This document shows, one piece after another, positions 9,491 to 18,115 of a stretch of 64,000 nucleotides of DNA. Position 1 is the stretch's first letter; the number at the start of each line of letters is the position of its first letter. The stretch comes from a bacterium (GTDB lineage Bacteria > Patescibacteriota > Minisyncoccia > UBA6257 > Colwellbacteraceae): positions 13,937 through 77,936 of the forward strand of contig JAKPNH010000006.1 of NCBI GenBank assembly GCA_029548485.1. Direction: 5' to 3'. The translations under genes were made by a program, and so were the position numbers. The notes below the pieces were generated by a model, which did not search any database, was not told the origin of the DNA, and was given only the letters and a program-made list of their open reading frames with translations.

Positions 9491-9898
9491 TTATTGGGTT
9501 AGGCGTTCAATGAAATGAGCGATGTTCTTTTGTTCAAGCATGATTCCTCTCGAGAGCAACATTCCTCCGCCAATGAATGCCGGAAAGGCGGCAATTCCTA
9601 AGCCGATGATTAGCGCGTTGGAAGTGCTATGAAGAAAGGGCGAATATCCGACGAGCCGTTCGATCGCTCCGACCGAATCACGGAAGAAGGCTACGATCCC
9701 TCCTGACCCGATGTGGAAAAGCGTGATTCCGCCGGCAATGAAAAGCACAGCTCCTGACCATATCAGGTTAGAAGCCGAGTTGAAGAAGCCGACGGCCCTT
9801 TCGATTCGCTCTTTGTCCTTTTCGTCCGGACGCATTTCGCGTTGGACGACAGACAAAAAGTCCTTGCTCCAGTAATCTCTAGAATCCACCTTCCTCAC
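9491..9898 (-). CDS. Hypothetical membrane protein (GTG start)
   Basis: Two or three TM segments rich in Gly. It is preceded by its own promoter. Confidence 0.5.
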   Translation of the reverse strand: MRKVDSRDYWSKDFLSVVQREMRPDEKDKERIERAVGFFNSASNLIWSGAVLFIAGGITLFHIGSGGIVAFFRDSVGAIERLVGYSPFLHSTSNALIIGLGIAAFPAFIGGGMLLSRGIMLEQKNIAHFIERLTQ

Positions 9899-9923
9899 CC
9901 CTCAAAGACCTTATTAGTTATAT

Positions 9924-9952
9924 TTAATATAACAATTTAGAGAGATTGTCAA
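9924..9952 (-). promoter_or_regulatory. Sigma-70-like promoter (TTGACA-N17-TATTAA) for the membrane-protein gene
   Basis: The hexamers were read on the minus strand immediately upstream of the GTG start. Confidence 0.5.
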
Positions 9953-9953
9953 A

Positions 9954-10403
9954 TCAAACCTCCTTGACGATCTCGATAATCTCAAACGGATGGGCCTTCA
10001 AGTAATGACCTTCTTTGCTGAATTTGATTTTCTCTTTTAACGGAACCGGAAGCATTTCCGGAATTTGGTTGATTACCTTGTCCGGAGCGAGAATATAAAC
10101 ACCATCGATGTTGGAGGCTTTCAAATTTTTATCAAAAACTTCGCCGAAGTTTTTGGCGAACTCTTTGGCGGCGATTTTTTGGTAATCGTTGTCGTATGAC
10201 AATCCTCCTCTGACGCCGGTTCCCGGAACGGCCTTCAGATAGATATTCTTTTCGTTTTCGTATTTCACTTTGTCGAATTCGAATCCGGCCGCTTTGTTTA
10301 TTTCTCCGGCCGAAGCCAGGTAGAAATCGGCTTCGAAAACACCGGCGACGATGATCAAAGCGTTTTCTTTGTTGAATTGGGGAAGCTTCGAGGATATTTT
10401 CAT
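9954..10403 (-). CDS. Hypothetical protein, 149 aa, soluble
   Basis: A clean ORF with TATAAT 8 nt upstream of the ATG. No family was recognised; a weak resemblance to Rossmann-like 'IIVAGVF' folds was not pursued. Confidence 0.5.
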   Translation of the reverse strand: MKISSKLPQFNKENALIIVAGVFEADFYLASAGEINKAAGFEFDKVKYENEKNIYLKAVPGTGVRGGLSYDNDYQKIAAKEFAKNFGEVFDKNLKASNIDGVYILAPDKVINQIPEMLPVPLKEKIKFSKEGHYLKAHPFEIIEIVKEV

Positions 10404-10423
10404 ATGCTTTTATTATACATTCT

Positions 10424-10465
10424 TGGATAAAAAATAGGACGAGGTTGCCGTTAGGCTGCTCGTCC
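10424..10465 (-). terminator. Intrinsic terminator (minus strand) after the 10478..10819 gene
   Basis: Stem ggacgag/ctcgtcc followed by TATTTTTTAT on the minus strand. Confidence 0.55.
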
Positions 10466-10477
10466 CGAAGACCTAGG

Positions 10478-10819
10478 CTAAAGAGAAAGAGCGTGGACGC
10501 CGTGGCGATAATTATCCGTAGCCAGGCGGATTTCATTGGCCGCCTTAGGGCAGTCGCGACTGGCCCTTTTCAGTGCTTCGACGATTGCCTCTTCGTCCAT
10601 CTGGCAGACCTCCTTAACGCTAACCGCCCTTTGCAAGGCATTAAGCGCCAATTGGAACTGCCGGCTGCGGGAGAGATGGGGATATCTGACGCCAATATCC
10701 TTTAGCTTTTTCAGCAGGGTTTCCTCTTTAACGTTTATCAAGGCTTTTCCCTCCTTTCTCCTTGAACGCATAATATCCAATATGCGTTGTTTTGCAAGTC
10801 GCGTTCTCCCAGGCTTCAA
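10478..10819 (-). CDS. Hypothetical small basic protein
   Basis: A 113-aa ORF. The start may be the internal Met ('MRSRRKEGK'). Confidence 0.45.
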   Translation of the reverse strand: MKPGRTRLAKQRILDIMRSRRKEGKALINVKEETLLKKLKDIGVRYPHLSRSRQFQLALNALQRAVSVKEVCQMDEEAIVEALKRASRDCPKAANEIRLATDNYRHGVHALSL

Positions 10820-10841
10820 GAAGCCTTGCTATAATGTTTAT

Positions 10842-11144
10842 ATGAAAGGTTTCATTAATTTTATCAGGGAGCAGAAGGTAGTGGGGCTCGCGGTCGGGTT
10901 TATCCTCGGCGGCGCCGTTTCAAAGGTCGTTTCCTCGTTGGTATCGGATATTATCAATCCTATTTTATCCGTGATTTTGGGAGCGGCGGACGATCTAAAA
11001 AATGCGATCTTGCAGATCGGCCCGGTTCGAATACTCTACGGCAATTTCTTGAGTGCCCTTATCGACTTCACGGTGGTCGCCGCGGTTGTCTATTTCGGGG
11101 TGAATATGATCGGCATAAACAAGCTTGACAAGAAAAAAGAATGA
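10842..11144 (+). CDS. mscL: Large-conductance mechanosensitive channel
   Basis: 'MKGFINFIREQKVVGLAVGFILGGA...NPI' is the MscL N-terminus and TM1. The protein is 100 aa. Confidence 0.85.
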   Translation: MKGFINFIREQKVVGLAVGFILGGAVSKVVSSLVSDIINPILSVILGAADDLKNAILQIGPVRILYGNFLSALIDFTVVAAVVYFGVNMIGINKLDKKKE

Positions 11145-11192
11145 TATTCTTTAAAAACAGCCTCGATTCGCGGGGCTGTTTTTTAATCTCGT

Positions 11193-11741
11193 TTACTTTA
11201 AGAACCTGAAGGACGAAACGATATTCTCCGCCGTCTCCGCGTAATCTGTGCCATAGACGGCGATGAACAGATATTCGGTCGGACTTTTTTCTATATAGTA
11301 TCCCGGTCCGTCCGGGCCGTCGCCTCCGGAATGGTCGATTTTCAATACCTGGAGTCCGTTGATTTCGGTCGCGACAAGATTGCCGCTCGGACGCATGTCT
11401 CCGTCTTCGGCGAGGCTATCCCTAATGAAAGATATGAGGTTGTTGTCTGCTGGCTTGGCGTTGAGCCCGGAGATTTCGATAACTACCCGATCGGCTTCCA
11501 TCTGATCTCCTTCGGGATAATTGGAAAGAAGGAGATCGGACTCGTCGATCGGATCCACAGGCCCCCAGGAAGAAGGGTATTTAATGGAATACCCTTGAGA
11601 AACATTTTCGTATCTGGACCAGCCAGCCGTGGGATCCAGCGACCTCCTTACGACCATTATCATGAAAACAACGACCACAACGACCAATAGAATTAAAAGC
11701 AATATATTAATGGTTCTTTGGTTCATAAGATCATTATACAA
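11193..11741 (-). CDS. Membrane-anchored hypothetical protein
   Basis: An N-terminal poly-Leu/Val TM segment followed by a soluble domain. Confidence 0.5.
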   Translation of the reverse strand: MYNDLMNQRTINILLLILLVVVVVVFMIMVVRRSLDPTAGWSRYENVSQGYSIKYPSSWGPVDPIDESDLLLSNYPEGDQMEADRVVIEISGLNAKPADNNLISFIRDSLAEDGDMRPSGNLVATEINGLQVLKIDHSGGDGPDGPGYYIEKSPTEYLFIAVYGTDYAETAENIVSSFRFLK

Positions 11742-11810
11742 TTTTCTTTTATCTTATTCCTTGTTTTCTTCAGAAAAGATCAAAAATCCCGTTAAAACGG
11801 GATTATCTAG

Positions 11811-11882
11811 TGCCCCCGGGAGGAATCGAACCCCCATTACGAGATCCGCAATCTCGCGTCCTATCCGTTGAACGACAAGGGC
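11811..11882 (-). tRNA. tRNA-Arg (anticodon GCG, an unusual isoacceptor). CCA is not encoded.
   Basis: Manual cloverleaf: anticodon loop TTGCGGA. The D-loop and T-arm are nearly identical to tRNA-Arg(TCG) at 25217. Confidence 0.7.
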
Positions 11883-11978
11883 AATGTTTAAAGATTAGGC
11901 GTTTTAAAGCCAAAAATCAACGAGTTCTATCCTCGCGTTGCGGCATTTTCCGAATTCCGATATTCTTGTTTATATATC

Positions 11979-12692
11979 ATGGCCAAGAACTACAAAAAGG
12001 ATTTTTCCTATTCATACGCCGTCGGCGTTTTTCCGGTAATCGAGCTTTTAAGAAATAAGCCTGATAAAGCCACTAAGGTCTATATCCATCCGAAAGGCGA
12101 GAGGAACACCGGCATAAAAGAAATAGTGGACATTTGCGGAAAAGCGGACATTCCGATCGAGAAAAACGGCCGCTTTATCGAAAAAGTCTCTTCAAGCGAG
12201 AATGTTTACGCGGCCGCTGTTTTCAATAAATACGAGAGCCGATTAAATCCGGACGTGAACCATGTGATCCTGGTGAATCCGAGCGATCCGGGAAACCTGG
12301 GAACGATCTGCCGGACCATGATCGGATTCGGCTTCTCCGATCTCGGGATCATCAAGCCCGGAGCCGATATTTTCGATCCGAAAACGATCCGGGCGTCCAT
12401 GGGCGCGATCTTCCAGCTGAATTTCCGATATTTTTCTTCATTCGAGGAGTATCAAAAGAACTTCAAGCAGAACGTATATGTTTTCATGACCGACGCTAAA
12501 GAAACTTTGGGCAGGTTCTCTTTCAAAAAACCCTATGTTTTCGTGTTCGGAAACGAGGGAGGAGGACTCGATCCAAAGTTCAAAAAAATAGGCGACAGCA
12601 TAAAAATCCCGCAAAGCGGCAAAGTGGATTCTTTGAATCTTTCGGCGGCCGTGGCCGTGAGCCTCTACGAAGCAGGGAAGCCGAATCTTTAG
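11979..12692 (+). CDS. SpoU/TrmH-family RNA 2'-O-methyltransferase
   Basis: 'NPSDPGNLGTICRT', 'VFGNEGGGL' and 'SLNLSAAVAVSLYE' are the SPOUT methylase motifs. Confidence 0.85.
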   Translation: MAKNYKKDFSYSYAVGVFPVIELLRNKPDKATKVYIHPKGERNTGIKEIVDICGKADIPIEKNGRFIEKVSSSENVYAAAVFNKYESRLNPDVNHVILVNPSDPGNLGTICRTMIGFGFSDLGIIKPGADIFDPKTIRASMGAIFQLNFRYFSSFEEYQKNFKQNVYVFMTDAKETLGRFSFKKPYVFVFGNEGGGLDPKFKKIGDSIKIPQSGKVDSLNLSAAVAVSLYEAGKPNL

Positions 12693-13183
12693 AGGGGCCT
12701 AAGCGGATTGTTCCGCAAGATATCTTCCACTTCTTCGAATCCTTCGGGAAAAGCGAAGTTATATCTCGCCGGCAAAGCAAAAACGTAATTTTGGTTCCGG
12801 CCGAGCTCCATCGGAGGGATCGGCGCCGCGGAAACAAAAAGATCGTCCGCCATCACCTTGGTCCATTGATCGATGGTGAAAACCATGATCGGAATATCTT
12901 GTCTCGGTTTTTCTTCGGTCCAATGCGGATGCCTGATGAAAATAAGCGGACCCTCTTCGGAAAAGATATCTCCCGTTTCTCCGGGGATATGCCCTTGCCA
13001 AACGGATTCGACGATCGTGTATCCTTGCCAGCTTAACGGTAGGTCAAAAGAGAATCCATGTTGGCTGTTTTGATATTCAAGAGAAGTCGTCGGCTGATCG
13101 ACTTTGTTTTTTAAAACGTAATAGCTCGCGAGGCCGATCGCGGCGATCAAAATGAGGATCAAAAGGACATTTTTGTTTTTCAT
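12689..13183 (-). CDS. Secreted/membrane-anchored hypothetical protein
   Basis: Signal-anchor 'MKNKNVLLILILIAAIGLA'. Its start overlaps the stop of the upstream gene (ATGA). Confidence 0.5.
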   Translation of the reverse strand: MKNKNVLLILILIAAIGLASYYVLKNKVDQPTTSLEYQNSQHGFSFDLPLSWQGYTIVESVWQGHIPGETGDIFSEEGPLIFIRHPHWTEEKPRQDIPIMVFTIDQWTKVMADDLFVSAAPIPPMELGRNQNYVFALPARYNFAFPEGFEEVEDILRNNPLRPL

Positions 13184-14229
13184 ATGCCAATTTTATCTCC
13201 GAAAGGTCGGATCTCCAAATCCACGAAATCGACCAGATAGCCGTCTACTTCGTCTTTTTTCTTGTACTCGAAAACCGGCCGGCTGTCTTTGAAAATAACG
13301 ATTCTGTCTTTTTCCGCCACAAGACTGTCTCCGAGAGACAGATTTTGTTTTACCCGGTTTTCTACAAAGGTAAACGGCGGCACAGTTCCAGTATATTTCA
13401 AGATTCCATTTTCCACTTTTCCGTCGAAGGCGATCCAGTCGAAAGTATTAAAAATCAAGAAAGGCCTTTGTAAGGCATTCTTAAAGAAATCGAACAACTC
13501 GGGAATATTCTCCTTCATCCATTTGGCTACCAGGCGTCCGATTTCGACGCTTTTTTCGCAATCATAGCGGCAAGGAAGATGGGTGATGAAAGAGACATTC
13601 AACAAATTTATTTCTTTTTCTTCATTGCCTGCGGCCATAAGGAATTTTAGATGATTGCTTTCGCTGTTTTTTCTCCAATACTCATCAGCGTTTTTAAAAT
13701 CTTCGGGAGTGTCGAGCCTGGTCGGGAAATTCAGAAGGTTATTGATGACAAACGGAGCAGATTGATTCGGAGGAAAAATATCGAATATCAGTTGGCGTCC
13801 GCGGATATAAGGGGCTTGGGTCACTCTTTTAACATGTCTTTTGACGCAGCATTCGGGATACCCGAGAAACTTTCCGAGTTCGTAGTTATTCGAGACGTTC
13901 TCGGCTGCCTGCTCCGCCAGACGTCGATCTCGAGAAATCAAGGCGATTTCTTTTCGTTCTCCTAAAATATTTTTATTTGTTTTGACGATATGCGCTTCCG
14001 GAAAAACGGAACGAAAATTCTCGATTTCGGCTTCCTTGTAAGCCGCGTAAATTACCGGTTTTATACCGATGATGAAACTTATCAGTTCGGAGATGTAAAT
14101 ATCAGAAGTATATTCGGCGCCGAAATAGGAGGCGATAATGTCCCGGTAGTTCATAGGTTTATCGTGTCGCTGCCACATTCGTTTTGTGGCTTGCGGTATT
14201 TTTCTTCGACAAAATCCCTGCTTTTCCAA
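13180..14229 (-). CDS. Hypothetical Cys-motif protein ('GYPECC..H', 'HLPCRYDC')
   Basis: A long ORF with possible metal-binding or thiol-active motifs. No family was recognised, and the true start may be an internal Met. Confidence 0.5.
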   Translation of the reverse strand: MEKQGFCRRKIPQATKRMWQRHDKPMNYRDIIASYFGAEYTSDIYISELISFIIGIKPVIYAAYKEAEIENFRSVFPEAHIVKTNKNILGERKEIALISRDRRLAEQAAENVSNNYELGKFLGYPECCVKRHVKRVTQAPYIRGRQLIFDIFPPNQSAPFVINNLLNFPTRLDTPEDFKNADEYWRKNSESNHLKFLMAAGNEEKEINLLNVSFITHLPCRYDCEKSVEIGRLVAKWMKENIPELFDFFKNALQRPFLIFNTFDWIAFDGKVENGILKYTGTVPPFTFVENRVKQNLSLGDSLVAEKDRIVIFKDSRPVFEYKKKDEVDGYLVDFVDLEIRPFGDKIGI

Positions 14230-14315
14230 CGATATCCATTAAGTAAGACATAATCTACATAGATAAATTACACGAGAAAGCCTTTTTCGACAACAAAAAA
14301 GCCCATACGATATCA

Positions 14316-14567
14316 TCATCGTATGGCCGCAGCCCGCTTTATCGGGCCAAGATTTCGGCCGCCAGCCTTTCTATCAAACAAAAGTTCTGTCCAGCCTTCC
14401 GGGATATAGTCTCCGGAGGCGATAAGCCGTTCGTATTCGTCGATCCATCCCTCGACGTTTTAGTCTCCTTTGATTTCGACGGAGACACCTGACTCGGCGT
14501 GGATAATACGGATTTTATTGTAGGGTAAATCGGGTGACGCGGCAATGAGTCCGAATCTCGGTTTCAT
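14316..14567 (-). pseudogene. Small ORF interrupted by an in-frame TAA at codon 36. This is either a pseudogene or a readthrough candidate.
   Basis: Manual translation gives 'MKPRFGLIAASPDLPYNKIRIIHAESGVSVEIKGD*NVEGWIDEYERLIASGDYIPEGW...'. It is protein-like on both sides of the stop in the same frame. Confidence 0.5.
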
Positions 14568-14616
14568 GGTATGATTACAATAATTGTTGAAGAACAAATA
14601 AGGTAAGAATCATTTC

Positions 14617-15039
14617 ATGCAACCCTGGATTATTTATTCTTTGCTGTCGGCGATTTTCGCGGCTTTGGTTGCGATTTTGGGAAAGATCGGAGTCCAAAAT
14701 ATCGACAGCACCTTGGCCACAACGGTCCGCGCCTTTATTATGGCCGGATTTTTGTTTTTGACTGTCTGGTTTTCGGGAAAATTGCCGTTATTGGGCACCA
14801 TTCAAAGCGGCCCCTTATTGTTTATTGTGCTGTCGGGCATCGCCGGCGCCGTATCCTGGCTATTTTATTTTCTGGCCCTCAAACAAGGAACAGCCACCGG
14901 CGTGGCTGCTTTAGATCGATTGAGCATCGTCTTTGTGTTGATTTTTTCATTATTGTTTTTGGGCCAAAAGCTCACTTGGAAAGCGGGCATCGGAGCGATT
15001 CTCATGGTTTTCGGCGCGATTTTGATGACCCTTCAGTGA
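14617..15039 (+). CDS. Small DMT-superfamily (EamA/SMR-like) 4-TM transporter
   Basis: 140 aa with four hydrophobic helices ('ILGKIGVQ', 'LALKQGTATGVAAL'). Confidence 0.65.
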   Translation: MQPWIIYSLLSAIFAALVAILGKIGVQNIDSTLATTVRAFIMAGFLFLTVWFSGKLPLLGTIQSGPLLFIVLSGIAGAVSWLFYFLALKQGTATGVAALDRLSIVFVLIFSLLFLGQKLTWKAGIGAILMVFGAILMTLQ

Positions 15040-15102
15040 GAAATCCGTATTTATCCTTCGAAGCCATCGGGATTCCGACCGTGAATTATTAAAACAAAGA
15101 AT

Positions 15103-15750
15103 ATGATTGTTCAGATCTACGAAATAAACAGCCCCGAATTGGCTAAAGAAGTTTCGGAAATAGGGGTGGATCACATCGGCGTATTGGTCGGGAGCGGAAA
15201 ATATCCGAGAGAAATACCGATCGAAGAGGCGAAAGAAATCTTTTCCGCGGTTTCCGGCAACTCGAGGGGAGTCGCCTTGACCCTATCCGACAACCTCGAG
15301 GAGATATTTAAAATCGTCGACGAATTAAACCCTGACATTTTGCACGTGGGCGCAGACGAGGAGGCGCTGCCGTTAAGTAAGGTGGGGCTAATTCGCGAGG
15401 GGTATCCGGCGCTTAAAATAATGAGAGCCGTCGCAGTCAGCGGAAAAGAAAGCATCGCTATCGCTAAGAGTTACGAGAAAATCGCGGATTATCTGCTTCT
15501 AGACACTTATAAATCCCAATTGGGAGCGACCGGCCAAGTTCACGACTGGAACATAAGCAAGGATATCGTCGAGGCCGTGAAAATACCCGTTATTTTGGCC
15601 GGAGGGTTGGGCCCTGATAATGTCGCCGAAGCCATTCAGAAGGTTAATCCGGCGGGAGTGGACTCGAAAACAAAGACGGACAAAGCCGGCAGCGACGAAA
15701 AAGACATAGGAAAAATAAAAGAATTCGTCGCCATCGCTAAATCTTCTTGA
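15103..15750 (+). CDS. trpF: N-(5'-phosphoribosyl)anthranilate isomerase
   Basis: 'HDWNISKDI...PVILAGGLGPDNVAEAI' is the TIM-barrel PRAI signature. The protein is 215 aa. Confidence 0.75.
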   Translation: MIVQIYEINSPELAKEVSEIGVDHIGVLVGSGKYPREIPIEEAKEIFSAVSGNSRGVALTLSDNLEEIFKIVDELNPDILHVGADEEALPLSKVGLIREGYPALKIMRAVAVSGKESIAIAKSYEKIADYLLLDTYKSQLGATGQVHDWNISKDIVEAVKIPVILAGGLGPDNVAEAIQKVNPAGVDSKTKTDKAGSDEKDIGKIKEFVAIAKSS

Positions 15751-15798
15751 ATGAAGATCCGATAAGTCGCGCGAGTCACCGGTTTTGGGCGCGAAACT

Positions 15799-15888
15799 TG
15801 GCGGAGAGGCAGGGATTCGAACCCTGGAAGCCCTTGCGAGCTTAACACGTTAGCACCGTGTCCCATTAGACCGCTCTGGCACCTCTCC
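15799..15888 (-). tRNA. tRNA-Ser (anticodon GCT), with a long variable arm. CCA is encoded.
   Basis: Manual fold: anticodon loop GTGCTAA, variable arm AAGCTC-GCAA-GGGCTT, T-loop TTCGAAT. Confidence 0.85.
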
Positions 15889-15966
15889 TTGAACGCAAAA
15901 GCAAAACGCGATTTTGCTTTATTTTCGCTTGTTTTTATACCATTTTTCTGCTAATTTTACAAAGCG

Positions 15967-17385
15967 ATGCCGGAAAATAAAGAAAATTTGGAAAAGCGTT
16001 CTCCCGTAGTCGTGGTCTTGGGACACGTCGACCACGGCAAAACCACGCTTCTGGACTGGATCCGCAAAACCAAGACCGCCGAAAAAGAAGCCGGCGGCAT
16101 TACCCAATCGATCGGCGCCTATGAAATCATCCATAACGGCGAAAGAATCACTTTTTTGGACACCCCGGGACATGAAGCTTTCAAGGCGATGCGGCTTCGG
16201 GGCGCGACCGTGGCCGATATGGCTATTTTGGTCGTGGCTGCCGACGAAGGGCTGAAGCCCCAGACCGAGGAATCGATCAGGATTTTGAAAGAAACGGAAA
16301 CGCCTTACGTCATCGCTTTCACCAAAACCGACCTTCCGACCGCCAATATCGAAAAGATACAAAATGATCTGGCGGCCAAAGAGGTTTTGCTCGAGGGCCG
16401 GGGTGGAGACGTGAGTTGGCAGGCGGTTTCCGGCAAGACCGGCGAAGGCGTGAATGAACTTTTGGACTTGGTATTACTCCTGGCCGAGTTTTTGGATTTG
16501 ACTTTCGATCCCGGGATCGAAACCCGAGGGTTTGTTATCGAGTGCCGCAAAGATCCGAGGCAGGGAAATATCGCAACGCTCATCGTCAAAGACGGCCTTT
16601 TGGAACCGGGAATCGCCATCAAAACCCTGACAGCCGACGGAAAAATAAAAATACTGCAAGATTATGCCGGCCGGCCGGCGGAAAGCCTCAGGCCTTCGAG
16701 TCCGGCTTTGGTGATTGGTTTCAACAACCTTCCGCAGATCGGCGAAGAGTTTATTGTCGGGGACGGAAAGCTGACAGCTCCGATCGTTGAAGGAATCAAA
16801 GCGGCGGAAAAAGAAAAACAGGAATTGAGGCCGGCGGTGCTCAAGGCCGACGTGGCCGGATCGCTCGAGGTCTTGAAAGATATTTTCAGCGATAAGGTGA
16901 ATATTCTTGAGGCTTCGGCCGGGGAAATCACCGACGGCGATATCAAAACCGCCATTTCCGGGAAGGCTTTCATCATCGCCTTCAGGACGAAAATGAACCG
17001 TTTGGCCGAAGGATACGCCAAGAATCAGCAGGTGAGGATTCTTAGCTCGGAAATCATTTACGATCTGATCGAGCAGGTCGACGATTATCTGAACACTTTC
17101 AAAGAAGAGGAGGCGAGCGGCAAGCTGAAAGTCCTGAAAATCTTCGGCAAAAGCGGCAGCGAACAAACTGTCGGCGGAGAAGTCGTCGAAGGCGCGATCC
17201 AGAACAACCGTCGCATCACTATTTACAGGAACAATATCGAATTGGGCGAAGGCCGGATCATCAATCTTCAGGAAAACAAAGTCGATGTCCAGGAAGTGAA
17301 AGCCGGCAGTCAAGGCGGGCTTCTCGTCGAGTCGTCGATCATCATCAAACCCGGAGATGAAATTTCGCAAAGAGCGGTTAAATAG
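15967..17385 (+). CDS. infB: Translation initiation factor IF-2, a minimal form beginning at the G-domain
   Basis: '[12 protein letters not shown]', 'DTPGHEAF' and the domain layout G / beta-barrel / C2. The protein is 472 aa. Confidence 0.9.
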   Translation: MPENKENLEKRSPVVVVLGHVDHGKTTLLDWIRKTKTAEKEAGGITQSIGAYEIIHNGERITFLDTPGHEAFKAMRLRGATVADMAILVVAADEGLKPQTEESIRILKETETPYVIAFTKTDLPTANIEKIQNDLAAKEVLLEGRGGDVSWQAVSGKTGEGVNELLDLVLLLAEFLDLTFDPGIETRGFVIECRKDPRQGNIATLIVKDGLLEPGIAIKTLTADGKIKILQDYAGRPAESLRPSSPALVIGFNNLPQIGEEFIVGDGKLTAPIVEGIKAAEKEKQELRPAVLKADVAGSLEVLKDIFSDKVNILEASAGEITDGDIKTAISGKAFIIAFRTKMNRLAEGYAKNQQVRILSSEIIYDLIEQVDDYLNTFKEEEASGKLKVLKIFGKSGSEQTVGGEVVEGAIQNNRRITIYRNNIELGEGRIINLQENKVDVQEVKAGSQGGLLVESSIIIKPGDEISQRAVK

Positions 17386-17686
17386 CGTCCTTCGGGACGA
17401 ACTCTCGAAAACAATCCAGAAAGAAATCGAATTTCCAGCCGGGGTTTTGGCGACGATCACCGAAGTCGACACCGCGCCCGACTTTAGCGAAGCCAAAGTC
17501 GGCGTGGCCGTTCTCCCTTCGAACAGATCAGTCGAAGTTCTGAAGATATTGAACGGACAAGCCAGCCATTTTTACAGCTTTGTTTTCAAGAAACTCAAGA
17601 TTTACAGCGTTCCGAAAATAAAGTTTGTTTACGACCCCGGCTCGGAAAACGCCGCCAGGGTTGAGGAAATCTCTTTAAAACAATAG
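17357..17686 (+). CDS. rbfA: Ribosome-binding factor A
   Basis: '[18 protein letters not shown]...KVGVAVLP', overlapping the infB 3' end. Confidence 0.8.
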   Translation: MKFRKERLNSVLRDELSKTIQKEIEFPAGVLATITEVDTAPDFSEAKVGVAVLPSNRSVEVLKILNGQASHFYSFVFKKLKIYSVPKIKFVYDPGSENAARVEEISLKQ

Positions 17687-17701
17687 AATAAAATCAGTTT
17701 C

Positions 17702-17776
<75 letters not shown>

Positions 17777-17777
17777 G

Positions 17778-17863
17778 GCCCAGGTGGCGGAATGGTATAC
17801 GCGAAGGACTTAAAATCCTTTGTTCGCAAGGACTTGTGGGTTCGAGTCCCACCCTGGGCACCA
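17778..17863 (+). tRNA. tRNA-Leu (anticodon TAA), with a long variable arm. CCA is encoded.
   Basis: Manual fold: anticodon loop CTTAAAA. It starts 1 nt after tRNA-Cys. Confidence 0.85.
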
Positions 17864-17940
17864 GTAAGAATTTGCAAGTATTTTGGCGTCGCCTCGCTCG
17901 GCGACTAAATTATAGGGAACCTTGGGCGAAAAAATCAGTT

Positions 17941-17961
17941 GGCGGTTTTGCCGCCTTTTTT
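17941..17961 (+). terminator. Intrinsic terminator after the tRNA pair
   Basis: GGCGG-TTTTG-CCGCC followed by TTTTTT. Confidence 0.6.
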
Positions 17962-18115
17962 ATAAGAAAAATGATTGATTTTATTATATTTATCTTACAT
18001 AAATTCTGTCCACCAACCCGCTGATTGACTAGGGGCGGGTTTATGTTATAGAGAAAGTGACCCAAGCGGTCGGCAGCCGGCGGACTTTGAAAACTTAATG
18101 AAAGGAGGGTCGAAA

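Noticed and set aside
10132-10536. 134-aa Arg-rich ORF overlapping two real genes and the terminator
   Set aside because: Low-complexity basic sequence that overlaps a clear terminator hairpin.
14339-14545. ORF-track 68-aa ORF in this region
   Set aside because: It is in the wrong frame relative to the protein-like translation, which has the in-frame TAA. The product is Ser/Pro/Thr-rich junk.
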